From Fidelibacterota bacterium (GTDB taxonomy: Bacteria; Fidelibacterota; UBA2242), in NCBI GenBank assembly GCA_016782645.1, contig JADHYC010000005.1, forward strand, positions 1-59,796: a DNA stretch of 59,796 nucleotides, in the 5' to 3' direction. A model generated the notes under the pieces. The model saw nothing but the letters and a program-made list of their open reading frames with translations. It was not told the origin of the DNA and made no database searches. The stretch's first letter is position 1. The number at the start of each line of letters is the position of its first letter. Below, piece by piece: positions 30,704-41,091 of this stretch. The translations under genes were made by a program, and so were the position numbers.

Positions 30704-31395
30704 TGGATGCTCTAATAAATCTTAAAGATATAGTTAAAACATATCAAGTTGGTACTGTGGAGGTCCATGCCCTAAGAGGTGTGGATCTTCAGATCCAACG
30801 TAATGAGTATATTTCGATAATGGGACCTTCAGGTTCAGGCAAATCAACTCTGATGAATATAATTGGATGTCTGGATTCACCAACTTCGGGAAGATATGAA
30901 TTAGAAAGTACTCCGGTTCATGAGATGGACGATAATCAGCTCGCAGAAATTAGAAACAGAAAAATAGGGTTTGTTTTTCAGACATTTAATCTTCTTCCTA
31001 GGGCGAGTGCTTTGCACAACGTGGAACTTCCACTGATTTATAGTGGTGTTTCTGCATCAAAGCGAAAAGTAATTGCTGAGGAAGCATTGGATAAGGTGGG
31101 ACTTTCTGACAGAAAGAATCACCGTCCCAATGAACTCTCAGGTGGGCAGCGCCAGCGCGTAGCTATTGCAAGGGCGCTGGTTAATAATCCTTCACTCATT
31201 TTGGCTGATGAGCCCACTGGTAACCTGGACTCGAAAACTGGTGAAGAGATCATGAGAGTATTTGGTAAGCTCAATGAAGCCGGAAATACAATCATTGTCG
31301 TTACACATGAGAAATATATTGCTGATCAGGCTAGTCGTATAGTCCGTATTCTTGATGGAAATATTGCTGATGATTTACAATTGGAAGAGAATTGA
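30703..31395 (+). CDS. ABC transporter ATP-binding protein (MacB/LolD-like)
   Basis: [28 protein letters not shown]. Confidence 0.95.
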   Translation: MDALINLKDIVKTYQVGTVEVHALRGVDLQIQRNEYISIMGPSGSGKSTLMNIIGCLDSPTSGRYELESTPVHEMDDNQLAEIRNRKIGFVFQTFNLLPRASALHNVELPLIYSGVSASKRKVIAEEALDKVGLSDRKNHRPNELSGGQRQRVAIARALVNNPSLILADEPTGNLDSKTGEEIMRVFGKLNEAGNTIIVVTHEKYIADQASRIVRILDGNIADDLQLEEN

Positions 31396-32621
31396 TTTCC
31401 TTTTTTATTAGACTCTGGGAAAATATTCTTATTGCTGTTCGAGCTCTTGCTCAAAACAAGATGAGAACTATACTTACCACTCTTGGAATAATCATCGGTG
31501 TACTAACTGTTGTCTCAGTAGCCTCGATTATTGAGGGATTGAACAAAGGCTTTGCCAGTCAAATCGCAAGCATTGGAAGTAATACGATATATGTGCAGAA
31601 GTATCCCTGGGTTGCCGGGAGAGATTGGTTTAAGTATCGTAATCGTCCTAATATTACAATGAAAGACGCTAAGTATATTCAAGAACGTATGAAAAATGCT
31701 GAAGCAATAGCACCGGCAACAAGTACAAGGCGGAGTATAAAATATAGGAATAATTCACTTACTGCCATTGGTGTCAGTGGTGTAACAATGGAGACGGAAA
31801 AAATTGAAGGTTATAACATTGATGAGGGACGGTACTTTGCTCCCTTAGAAATCGCAAAAAATAAAAATAGTGTAGTTATAGGTTACGAAATAAAAGATAA
31901 ACTTTTCAAGAACCGATATCCTATTGGTGAAAAGATTAGAATCGGGACTATTTCATACACTGTTATTGGTGTAATGGAAAAAAGGGGTAGTATATTGGGG
32001 CATAATCTTGATTCAGGGGTATATGTACCTGTTGGGTCTATATTCAGGAATTTCGGATTCCATAGAAGTATACAAATAATGGTAAGAGTAAAAGATCCAT
32101 CTATGATAGAACCAGCTATGGATGAGCTCCGTTTTTTAATGAGGGTATCAAGAAAGTTAAAGCCTCATGAGGAAGATAATTTTTCTATTAATCAACAAGA
32201 AGTTCTTACTGATATGTATAAAAAACTTACCGGAGGATTGTATACTGCTGCTATAGGGATTGGTATGCTTTCACTGCTTGTCGGAGGTATAGGAATTATG
32301 AACATTATGCTGGTTTCTGTCGCTGAAAGAAGAAGAGAAATTGGAGTACGTAAAGCTTTAGGTGCCAAACGAGTCACAATAACATTTCAATTTATAATTG
32401 AGTCGGTAATTATCTGTACTATTGGAGGTATTATAGCGATTTTAATTAGTTATCTGTTTTCAGTTTTAATTGATAAGGTTACACCTTTCCCATCTTCGGT
32501 GCCTTTATGGTCTGTCTTAATGGGCTTGGGTTTTTCTACCTTTGTTGGTCTCTTTTTTGGTATTTATCCCGCTCGTCAAGCAGCCAAACTCAATCCTATA
32601 GAATGTTTACATTATGAATAA
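31392..32621 (+). CDS. ABC transporter permease (MacB/FtsX family)
   Basis: [37 protein letters not shown]. Confidence 0.93.
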   Translation: MISFFIRLWENILIAVRALAQNKMRTILTTLGIIIGVLTVVSVASIIEGLNKGFASQIASIGSNTIYVQKYPWVAGRDWFKYRNRPNITMKDAKYIQERMKNAEAIAPATSTRRSIKYRNNSLTAIGVSGVTMETEKIEGYNIDEGRYFAPLEIAKNKNSVVIGYEIKDKLFKNRYPIGEKIRIGTISYTVIGVMEKRGSILGHNLDSGVYVPVGSIFRNFGFHRSIQIMVRVKDPSMIEPAMDELRFLMRVSRKLKPHEEDNFSINQQEVLTDMYKKLTGGLYTAAIGIGMLSLLVGGIGIMNIMLVSVAERRREIGVRKALGAKRVTITFQFIIESVIICTIGGIIAILISYLFSVLIDKVTPFPSSVPLWSVLMGLGFSTFVGLFFGIYPARQAAKLNPIECLHYE

Positions 32622-32650
32622 AAAAACATTATATAGAGAAATGATTATAA

Positions 32651-32720
32651 AACTTAAGTTAAGTTCGATTGAAAGGTCGGTGGATTTATTGAAGGATTTT
32701 GTTATCGGCTTGACTCAAGT
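32651..32720. repeat. Family A inverted-repeat element between the two permease genes
   Basis: AACTTAAGTTAAGTTCGAT ... ATCGGCTTGACTCAAGT. Confidence 0.6.
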
Positions 32721-32752
32721 ATCAATTTTAAATAAATCTCAATCGAGTTATT

Positions 32753-33976
32753 ATGAATTTTGAAGAAGGATTAAGACTCGCTTATCAAACAGTAAAAAGT
32801 AATAAACTTCGGACGTTTCTGACGACACTTGGTATTGTTATCGGAGTGATGGCAGTGATAGGGATGATGTCAATTATTGATGCTCTTGAAAGGCATATGA
32901 CACAAACTTTATCTGCTGTTGGGGGAAGTGTCTTTTGGGTTCAGAAATATCCTGCGGTGCGGATTGGTCATTTAGATAGAAAATATAGGAATCGTAAAAA
33001 TATAACAGTCGAGCATGCACGTGCAGTAAAGCGCCTGGCTAAAGCTGTAGGAGCAGTTTCTCCTGAGTTTTATACTTTGGGTAAGCAAATAAAGTATAAA
33101 GATGAATCAACAAATCCCAATATTATTATATATGGTGGAGATGAAAATTGGGCAGAGGTAAACGATCGGTATATCAGTGAAGGACGGCTTTTTATTAAAG
33201 AGGATATATATCATAAAAGATATGTTGCAGTCATAGGCAGTGACATTGTAGAGAAATTATTTCCTTTTTCTTATCCAGTTGGTGAAAGAATTAAGATTGG
33301 GAACATCAGATTCGAAGTTGTAGGTGTAATTGATAAAAAAGGTGAAATATTTGGAAATACTCAGGATAACCTGGTCACAATTCCTTATTCCACATTTAGA
33401 AAAGTATTTGGTACAAAACGTACTATCAATATTGGTATTAAAGCAAAAAGCGTAGAACTAATTCCTGAAGCAATTGACCAGACTATATCGGCATTACGTA
33501 TTGCTAGAAAGGTACCACCCGGTGCAGAAAATGACTTTGAGATTGTTACTCAAGACTCTATTATGGATACCCTGAAAAATTTAACTGGATTTGTCTTTAT
33601 TGCTGCAGTTGTAATATGCGGAATATCACTTCTTGTAGGCGGTATTGGAATTATGAATATTATGTTGGTTTCTGTAACTGAGCGAACCAGAGAAATAGGG
33701 ATCAGAAAAGCTATCGGTGCAAAGCGCAAACACATATTATTCCAGTTTATGACTGAATCGATAGGTATTTGTATTTTTGGTGGAATAATAGGAGTTATTT
33801 TAGGCGTTGTTGTCGGACTTTTTATAAGTGCAGCATTAAAACTACCACCAACAATACCAGTATGGTCTATTTTCCTTGGCTTAGGGTTTTCATTGCTTAT
33901 AGGTGTAGTGTTTGGAGTTTATCCAGCTATGAAAGCGGCTCGACTTGATCCTATTGAAGCGTTAAGGCATGAATAA
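32753..33976 (+). CDS. ABC transporter permease (MacB/FtsX family), second copy
   Basis: [43 protein letters not shown]. Confidence 0.93.
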   Translation: MNFEEGLRLAYQTVKSNKLRTFLTTLGIVIGVMAVIGMMSIIDALERHMTQTLSAVGGSVFWVQKYPAVRIGHLDRKYRNRKNITVEHARAVKRLAKAVGAVSPEFYTLGKQIKYKDESTNPNIIIYGGDENWAEVNDRYISEGRLFIKEDIYHKRYVAVIGSDIVEKLFPFSYPVGERIKIGNIRFEVVGVIDKKGEIFGNTQDNLVTIPYSTFRKVFGTKRTINIGIKAKSVELIPEAIDQTISALRIARKVPPGAENDFEIVTQDSIMDTLKNLTGFVFIAAVVICGISLLVGGIGIMNIMLVSVTERTREIGIRKAIGAKRKHILFQFMTESIGICIFGGIIGVILGVVVGLFISAALKLPPTIPVWSIFLGLGFSLLIGVVFGVYPAMKAARLDPIEALRHE

Positions 33977-34093
33977 TACAAACCAATTTCCGCAAACAGA
34001 ATTTCCGGTTTAAAATCCGTCTACTAATGGACTACTGAAGGAGATAAATTGGTTTTGTAGTTGTAGCAGGAGATATCTCCTACCACTTAGTTA

Positions 34094-34365
34094 CTAAGGA
34101 GAGCGTTTAACGGGTTACACCATCTTGAATATCAAACAAGGAATGTCCACCCGCTGGCGGATTGATTTTTTACCAAAGGCACTCCTACGGAAGAAGTAAA
34201 ATTCATTATTCGAAAATTGATGTTCCCTATCTGACGGCAGGCAGGCTTGTTCATTATTCAAACTATTCTAAAGGATTTTAATGGATTACATCATAGACAA
34301 TAAAAATAGGATAAAACTGAAGGTAAATTCACCACAAAATGTAATCAATAAATAGTACTCATTAG
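34094..34365. mobile_element. MITE-like element (family B), copy 2, carrying nested palindromes
   Basis: Same ends and body as 15764-15913, TA flanks, with about 120 extra bp of nested hairpins. Confidence 0.7.
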
Positions 34366-34498
34366 TAAGCATTAATTGTCGCAACCAATTTCAACACTCT
34401 AAAATAATAAATTTCCTCTATTAATAGAAATAAAACGAACAAATCAATTTCTGTGAAGGCAATTTTGTTTTGTGGCAAAATTTTTGCTATCGCTTCGC

Positions 34499-34527
34499 TT
34501 GATTTACCGTAGCAAAATCTGTAAATT
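34499..34527 (+). promoter_or_regulatory. Candidate sigma70-type promoter of the gatC-kds-lpt-rpoN operon
   Basis: TTGATT-17 bp-TAAATT about 25 bp upstream of gatC. Confidence 0.35.
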
Positions 34528-34551
34528 GATCCGATAAAAACGATCAGTGAG

Positions 34552-34881
34552 ATGGGGAATATGGGAGTAGATGAAAAAACAGTAGAGAAAATAGCGGGTT
34601 TAGCAAAACTTTCTTTTACAGATGAAGAAAAGGAAAAATATACAGTGCAACTTGGTCAAATACTTGAATACATGAAGAAATTGAATGAGGTAGATACAGA
34701 AAATATTAAACCGCTGTCACATGTTCAGAAAGTTACTAATGTATTTCGAGAAGATAAAAATTTTCCATCTCTGAAAAAAGAAGATGCACTTAAAAACACT
34801 CCTGAAGTCCAGGGTTCGTATTTACGTGTTCCGAAAGTTATTTCTGATGGACCTACACCGGGAAAGGACACAACTAAATGA
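34552..34881 (+). CDS. gatC: Asp/Glu-tRNA amidotransferase subunit C
   Basis: VEKIAGLAKL, ILEYMKKLNEVDT, NVFRED, LRVPKVI. Confidence 0.92.
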   Translation: MGNMGVDEKTVEKIAGLAKLSFTDEEKEKYTVQLGQILEYMKKLNEVDTENIKPLSHVQKVTNVFREDKNFPSLKKEDALKNTPEVQGSYLRVPKVISDGPTPGKDTTK

Positions 34882-35621
34882 ATGTTCTTGGAGTTATTCC
34901 TGCTCGGTATAATTCTACCAGATTGCCTGGTAAGCCTTTGAAAGTTTTAAATGGGAAATCGCTTATCCAGAGAGTTTATGAAAATGCATTGAAAAGCAAA
35001 CTTATTAATGAACTTGTGGTGGCAACCGATGATGAACGGATATTTAAGCATGTAAAATCTTTTGGCGGGAAAAGTGTTCTAACTCCATCGTATTTACCTT
35101 CCGGCACTGACCGGGCTGCTTATGTAGCAAAGTTATACGGTTGTGATATCATTGCTAATGTACAGGGCGATGAACCTTTCCTTTCATGCGAAGTAATTGA
35201 TGATTGTATAAAAGCTCTCATAGATAATGATAATTTGCTTGTTAGCACAGCAGCTCACTCCGGGATTAGGGAAGCAGAATTAGCTGATCCTAACACTGTT
35301 AAAGTATTGGTCAATCGGACAAGCGAAGCAATTTACTTCAGTCGTCAAGATATTCCATACATCAGATTGAATGGCATTTTAATCGCTGATCATCCTGCGC
35401 TTATACATATTGGTATATATGTTTATCGTAAGGACTTTTTGTTGAGATTTATCGGAATGCCCGTTTCTAAGCTGGAACGATTGGAACAGCTGGAGCAGCT
35501 TAGAATTTTGGAAAATGGTTATAAAATAAAAGTTATAATAACAGACAAAGATTCTTTTGGTATTGATACTCCCGAAGATTTAGGAAAAGCTGAGAATATA
35601 TTACAAAAAAATAGTGACTGA
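34878..35621 (+). CDS. kdsB: 3-deoxy-manno-octulosonate cytidylyltransferase
   Basis: IPARYNSTRLPGKPL, NVQGDEP, HIGIY, LEQLR. Confidence 0.95.
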   Translation: MNVLGVIPARYNSTRLPGKPLKVLNGKSLIQRVYENALKSKLINELVVATDDERIFKHVKSFGGKSVLTPSYLPSGTDRAAYVAKLYGCDIIANVQGDEPFLSCEVIDDCIKALIDNDNLLVSTAAHSGIREAELADPNTVKVLVNRTSEAIYFSRQDIPYIRLNGILIADHPALIHIGIYVYRKDFLLRFIGMPVSKLERLEQLEQLRILENGYKIKVIITDKDSFGIDTPEDLGKAENILQKNSD

Positions 35622-37239
35622 AAAAGAGACCAAACATATTTTCGTTACTGGTGGCGTTATTTCCGGACTTGGAAAGGGAATCGCCTGTGCGTCAATCGGT
35701 TATTTATTGAAATCCTGGGGTTTTAAAGTTACAATCCAAAAATTTGATCCATATATTAATATTGATCCTGGCACAATGAGCCCATGCCAACATGGAGAGG
35801 TTTTTGTTCTTGATGATGGCGCTGAGACAGACCTTGATTTGGGACACTATGAACGTTTTATTGATGTGGATATGAGCGCAGATAATAATACAACAACCGG
35901 TCAGGTTTACAATGAAGTTATAGGTAGAGAGCGAAGAGGAGATTATCTTGGTGCGACAGTCCAGATCATACCTCACGTAACTGATGAAATTAAGAGACGA
36001 ATAGTAAAAATAAATAGGGATAGACTGTTTGATATTGTTATTACAGAGGTTGGAGGAACTGTAGGAGATATTGAAGGGTTACCATTCTTAGAGGCTATCA
36101 GGCAGTTCAGGCTTGAGAAGGGACATGAAAATTGTATCAATATACACTTAACTCTTGTTCCTTATATTGAAACAAGTGGGGAGATAAAGACTAAACCTAC
36201 TCAGCATAGTGTGATGCGCCTCAGGGAGATTGGAATTCAACCGGATATACTTCTCTGTAGAACTAAATATAACCTTAGTGAAGATATACGAAAGAAGATA
36301 GCCCTTTTCTGTAATGTATCTCCTAATGCTGTAATTGAGGCTATTGATGCAGGAACTATTTATGAAATACCTCTGATTTATCATAAGCAAAAACTTGACC
36401 ATTTGATTATGAAGTTATTGAGACTCCCATTAAAAAAATCGAATTATGAACAGTTAGAAAAATTCGTTGACCGTATTAAGAACCCTTCAAATGAAGTGGA
36501 TATATGTATTTGTGGTAAATATACTCAATTACATGATGCCTATAAATCGATTATTGAGTCTTTTATTCATGCCGGAGCTGATAATGATACGCATGTAAAT
36601 ATTAAGTGGGTTGAATCGGAAGAATTTAGTAATTGTGATGACCCTGAAGAATTACTGGATGACGTAGAGGGACTATTGATTCCAGGTGGGTTTGGTGATA
36701 GAGGGATAGAGGGTAAAATTTTAGCTATAAGAACTGCCAGAGAAAAGAAAATCCCGTTTTTTGGAATCTGCCTCGGCTTACAGTGTGCTGTTATTGAATT
36801 TGCGAGGAATGTGTGTGGGTTGAAAGATGCGAATAGCACAGAGTTTGATGATAGTACGCCTTATCCCGTGATAGACCTGATGGAAGAACAGAAGTGTATT
36901 TTGGAGAAGGGCGGTACGATGAGGCTTGGTGCTTATTCAGGAGAAATCAGCGATGGAACAAAAGCCCATAAAATCTATGGCAGGAACAAATTATCAGAGA
37001 GACATAGACATCGCTATGAGGTAAATAACTTATATCTGGAGAAACTTGTAGATTCGGGAATTGTTGTAGGCGCTGTGCATAAGAAACTTTGCCTTGTTGA
37101 AATGGTTGAATTATCTGATCATCCATGGTTCGTAGCATGCCAATTTCATCCGGAATTGAAATCCCGTATCGGAAAGGCTCATCCACTATTCAGTGATTTT
37201 GTGAGGGCAGCGCTTGAGTATAAACACAGAGATAGCTAA
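35614..37239 (+). CDS. pyrG: CTP synthase
   Basis: GGVISGLGKG, ETDLDLGHYERF, KTKPTQHSV, GICLG, QFHPE. Confidence 0.97.
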   Translation: MTEKETKHIFVTGGVISGLGKGIACASIGYLLKSWGFKVTIQKFDPYINIDPGTMSPCQHGEVFVLDDGAETDLDLGHYERFIDVDMSADNNTTTGQVYNEVIGRERRGDYLGATVQIIPHVTDEIKRRIVKINRDRLFDIVITEVGGTVGDIEGLPFLEAIRQFRLEKGHENCINIHLTLVPYIETSGEIKTKPTQHSVMRLREIGIQPDILLCRTKYNLSEDIRKKIALFCNVSPNAVIEAIDAGTIYEIPLIYHKQKLDHLIMKLLRLPLKKSNYEQLEKFVDRIKNPSNEVDICICGKYTQLHDAYKSIIESFIHAGADNDTHVNIKWVESEEFSNCDDPEELLDDVEGLLIPGGFGDRGIEGKILAIRTAREKKIPFFGICLGLQCAVIEFARNVCGLKDANSTEFDDSTPYPVIDLMEEQKCILEKGGTMRLGAYSGEISDGTKAHKIYGRNKLSERHRHRYEVNNLYLEKLVDSGIVVGAVHKKLCLVEMVELSDHPWFVACQFHPELKSRIGKAHPLFSDFVRAALEYKHRDS

Positions 37240-37240
37240 G

Positions 37241-38116
37241 ATGAAAAAAGACTTTAATCAAATAGATTTATATGAAAAGAGCGTAAAAACGATGCATAAA
37301 GTTTCTATAAATTTGGTTTCAGTAGGTGATGGGAATCCGCTCGTTTTTATGATGGGTCCCTGTGTTATCGAGGGACTTGACCATGCTCTCTTTATGGCTG
37401 AAAGTCTTAGAAAACTGTCTGAACGAGAATCTATTACGATTATCTTTAAATCTTCATACGACAAAGCAAATCGCACCTCAATAGAATCTTACAGAGGACC
37501 CGGTCTTGATGAAGGATTGAAAATTTTGTTGGAAGTCAAGAAGCAAGTTGGTCTTCCAACCTTAACCGATATACATTTGCCCTCTCATGCAGAAGCAGCA
37601 GCTGAGGTTGTTGATGTTTTACAGATCCCGGCTTTTTTATGCAGACAAACTGATCTTCTTGTTGCAGCAGGAAAAACAGGTAAGCCTGTGAATATTAAAA
37701 AAGGTCAATTTGTAGCTCCATATGATATAGGTCATATTGTTGAAAAAGTTGAATCTACTGGCAATAAGTCAATTCTTATCACTGATAGGGGAAGTAGTTT
37801 TGGATATCGAGGACTTATTTCTGATGTAAGGGCTATTCCTATAATGAAAAAAACGGGATATCCGGTAATATTTGATGCTACACACAGCGCTCAGGTTCCG
37901 GGTGGAAGTATAACTGGTGGAGAAAGAGAGTTTATACCTCATTTAGCTAAGGCAATGGTTGCTGCTGGGTGTGATGGGATTTTTATGGAAACCCACAATA
38001 ATGTAGAAGAAGCTAAAAGTGATAATGCTACGCAATACCCTCTTTCTGAATTGCCGGAGTTGATTAGAGAATTAGTAGAAATATCAAATTTAGTCCGTGG
38101 TTTTAATAAGAAATGA
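37241..38116 (+). CDS. kdsA: KDO 8-phosphate synthase
   Basis: GPCVIE, KSSYDKANRTS, QIPAFLCRQTDL, FDATHS; start uncertain (37241 or 37292). Confidence 0.95.
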   Translation: MKKDFNQIDLYEKSVKTMHKVSINLVSVGDGNPLVFMMGPCVIEGLDHALFMAESLRKLSERESITIIFKSSYDKANRTSIESYRGPGLDEGLKILLEVKKQVGLPTLTDIHLPSHAEAAAEVVDVLQIPAFLCRQTDLLVAAGKTGKPVNIKKGQFVAPYDIGHIVEKVESTGNKSILITDRGSSFGYRGLISDVRAIPIMKKTGYPVIFDATHSAQVPGGSITGGEREFIPHLAKAMVAAGCDGIFMETHNNVEEAKSDNATQYPLSELPELIRELVEISNLVRGFNKK

Positions 38117-38152
38117 ATGTTTGGATAAATTTTGATAGAAACTAATTAAATA

Positions 38153-38716
38153 ATGGTAAACAAAAATATAAATAATAAACTCGAGAATAAATTAAAGAAA
38201 ATTAAACTTTTGATAGCTGATGTAGATGGAGTTTTTACTGACGGAGCTCTTTATATTGGGGGAAACGGACAGGAATTTAAAAAATTTCATGTGCTTGATG
38301 GGCTTGGAATTGCGCTTCTAAAAGCTGTTGGGTTTCCTCTTGCAATTATATCGGGACGAAATTCTGAAGCGACAATTCATCGCATGAAAGAGCTGGGATT
38401 GGAAGAGAATTTAGATCAAGGTAATCTTGCGAAAATAGAACCTTATATATTGATAAAGAAGAAATTTAGATTGCAAGATGAAGAGATTGCATATATTGGT
38501 GATGATCTTGCCGATATTCCTCTTTTGAAGCAAGTGGGAGTACCAGTAAGTGTAGCAAATGCTCTGGAAGAAGTTAAAGAAAAATCGCTTTATGTTACTA
38601 GTAAAGCTGGAGGAGAAGGAGCGCTTCGAGAGTTTATTGAACTGGTTTTAAAAGCACAGGGTAAATTTAAAGAAGCCTTAGAAATCGTAACAAAGGATAC
38701 TTATAAGGATAAATGA
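38153..38716 (+). CDS. kdsC: KDO 8-phosphate phosphatase
   Basis: DVDGVFTDG, YIGDDLAD, GGEGALRE. Confidence 0.9.
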   Translation: MVNKNINNKLENKLKKIKLLIADVDGVFTDGALYIGGNGQEFKKFHVLDGLGIALLKAVGFPLAIISGRNSEATIHRMKELGLEENLDQGNLAKIEPYILIKKKFRLQDEEIAYIGDDLADIPLLKQVGVPVSVANALEEVKEKSLYVTSKAGGEGALREFIELVLKAQGKFKEALEIVTKDTYKDK

Positions 38717-38719
38717 TCT

Positions 38720-39697
38720 ATGCTGAAATCATATTTTGAAAAAGCCAAGAAACTTATTCAAGCTGAATCAGAAGCTATTGCAAATCTCGAAAATAGGATT
38801 GACGATAAATTTAAAAGAGCTGTTGATACACTTTATAACGTTAAGGGCAAAGTAATTATTATCGGTGTAGGGAAATCCGGTCTTATTGGAAGAAAGATCG
38901 CCGCAACATTGTCCAGTACAGGAACGCCGAGTTTTTTTATTCATGCCTATGAAGCAGGACATGGTGATCTTGGCGGTATATCGAAAAATGACGCACTTAT
39001 TGTGGTCTCAAACAGTGGTGAAACCGATGAAATTATTTATTTAATTCCTTTTATAAAAAAGATAAAAGTTCCCATTATAGGGTTGTTGGGAAAAACGAAT
39101 TCCACTTTAGCTAATAAATGTGATATTGTTCTCAGTACACGTGTAGAAGCAGAGCCCTGTCCTCTTGGTATAGTTCCTACTGCCAGCGCTATAGTTACCA
39201 TGGCGATGGGAGATGCTTTGGTTGTAGCATTGATGGATAAACGCCAATTTAAAAAAACTGATTTTGCTGGCTTACACCCGGCTGGTTCTCTTGGCAGAAG
39301 GCTTTTGACTACTGTTAGTGATTTAATGCACAGGGGTGATCAAATTCCTTTTGCTTTCGAAGAGAATAATATGCATGAAGTTCTGTTTGTGATGACTAAG
39401 AAAGGGCTTGGTATTGTAGGAATTTTAGATAAAGCGGACAATCTGGTAGGAGTAATTACCGATGGTGATTTACGTAGAGGATTGGAAAAGAAAAATGATT
39501 TCTTGAATCATTTAGCTAAAGACATTATGTCTAAAAATCCGAAATGTATAGATGTTTCCAGCCTTGCGATCGATGCCCTCCATTTGATGGAGGAATTTGC
39601 AATTACAAATCTTTTCGTTTTTGATGAATTGAAATCCGGAAAGCCTACAGGGATTATTCATATTCACGATATTTTAAGATATGGAATAATGTCGTAA
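38720..39697 (+). CDS. kdsD: Arabinose 5-phosphate isomerase (KpsF/GutQ family)
   Basis: GVGKSG, HGDLG, HPAGSLG, CBS pair. Confidence 0.92.
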   Translation: MLKSYFEKAKKLIQAESEAIANLENRIDDKFKRAVDTLYNVKGKVIIIGVGKSGLIGRKIAATLSSTGTPSFFIHAYEAGHGDLGGISKNDALIVVSNSGETDEIIYLIPFIKKIKVPIIGLLGKTNSTLANKCDIVLSTRVEAEPCPLGIVPTASAIVTMAMGDALVVALMDKRQFKKTDFAGLHPAGSLGRRLLTTVSDLMHRGDQIPFAFEENNMHEVLFVMTKKGLGIVGILDKADNLVGVITDGDLRRGLEKKNDFLNHLAKDIMSKNPKCIDVSSLAIDALHLMEEFAITNLFVFDELKSGKPTGIIHIHDILRYGIMS

Positions 39698-39724
39698 TGT
39701 TCGCTGAAAATAGATGGAATAATA

Positions 39725-40282
39725 ATGACTAAAAAAGTTTACAGTTCAAATTTCAAATTTCAAATTTTTAGATTTTTTCTCTTCTCATTTTTCACTTTTT
39801 TCTTTTCCTGTTCTGATGTACCTGAAGATGAGACTGTACAAGCAGATAAACAATATCCCGATCAAGAAAGCTGGTCCTCAGATATTATTCTAACGAAAGA
39901 TGGTAAAATGATAGCAATTATTGGCGCCGGTCATTTAGTAAAATATAATGATCAAGCTCTAATTTTTATGGATGAGAAAGTCGATGTAGATTTTTTTGAT
40001 ACTCAGGAAAATCACTTATCTCATTTAAAATCAGAAAAGGCAAAAATAAATGAGAGAACGAATGATTTGGTTGCTTTTGGTAATGTAGTTGTGGTTTCTG
40101 ATAGCGGCGTTACTCTCTATACAGAGGAGTTAAAGTGGGATCATAAAAGAGAAAAAATAATATCAGAGGTTTTTATTAAATTGGTCACTGATAAGGATAC
40201 ATTAACTGGAGTAGGTTTTGAGTCGGATTCTAATCTTGAAAATTGGGTAATACATAATCCATCAGGTGTGACTGATAGGTAA
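39725..40282 (+). CDS. lptC: LPS export protein LptC
   Basis: Lipoprotein-like N-terminus, GNVVVVSDSG..LYTEELKWD..LTGVGFESD; located between kdsD and lptB. Confidence 0.8.
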   Translation: MTKKVYSSNFKFQIFRFFLFSFFTFFFSCSDVPEDETVQADKQYPDQESWSSDIILTKDGKMIAIIGAGHLVKYNDQALIFMDEKVDVDFFDTQENHLSHLKSEKAKINERTNDLVAFGNVVVVSDSGVTLYTEELKWDHKREKIISEVFIKLVTDKDTLTGVGFESDSNLENWVIHNPSGVTDR

Positions 40283-40323
40283 TATAAGAAGTAGGCAGTA
40301 GCAGGAGCAGTAGGCAGGAGGAA

Positions 40324-41091
40324 ATGAAAACAATTACAAATCATAAATCACAAATTACTGATCAGAAGATGCTACGAGGTGAACTGCTTTGTAAAGTTTA
40401 TGGTAAAAGACGGGTTGTTGATGATATATCGATTGAGGTAAGAAAAGGCGAAATAGTTGGACTTCTTGGACCTAATGGCGCAGGTAAGACTACAACTTTT
40501 CATATGTTTACGGGAATGATTAAACCAACATCTGGTAAAGTGTTTTTGGATGATATCGAACTTACTCATTTCCCAATGTATAAAAGAGCCCAATTAGGCA
40601 TTGGTTATCTTTCGCAAGAGGCATCTGTTTTTCGTAAACTTACTGTTGAACAGAACATTCTTTTGGTTTTGCAAACTCTTGGTATAAGCCGGGAAGAGCA
40701 AAAGGAACGTTTGGAAAAACTATTGGACGAACTTTCAATTAAGAAGTATAGAAAAAGGAAAGCCTACACACTATCAGGTGGTGAAAGAAGACGTACTGAA
40801 ATAACACGAGCTCTTGTAACTAACCCGGATTTTATTCTTCTTGATGAGCCGTTCGTGGGAGTTGATCCAATAGCGGTAGAGGATATTCAAAAAATCGTGG
40901 TAGGTTTGAAAGATAGAAACATAGGTGTTCTTATAACCGACCATAATGTTCATGAAACACTCTCTATTACTAACCGTTCCTATCTTATGTTTGAGGGGAA
41001 AATTCTAAAGTCAGGGACATCGGAATTTTTAGCTAACGATGAAGAAGCTATACGTTTATATTTAGGTGATAGTTTTAAACTGGATAGATAA
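40324..41091 (+). CDS. lptB: LPS export ABC ATPase LptB
   Basis: GPNGAGKTT, LSGGERRR, LLDEPFVGVDP, ITDHNV. Confidence 0.95.
   Translation: MKTITNHKSQITDQKMLRGELLCKVYGKRRVVDDISIEVRKGEIVGLLGPNGAGKTTTFHMFTGMIKPTSGKVFLDDIELTHFPMYKRAQLGIGYLSQEASVFRKLTVEQNILLVLQTLGISREEQKERLEKLLDELSIKKYRKRKAYTLSGGERRRTEITRALVTNPDFILLDEPFVGVDPIAVEDIQKIVVGLKDRNIGVLITDHNVHETLSITNRSYLMFEGKILKSGTSEFLANDEEAIRLYLGDSFKLDR

Noticed and set aside
34552-34881. gatC without gatA/gatB
   Set aside because: Split gat genes are common, so this alone is not evidence of a new function.
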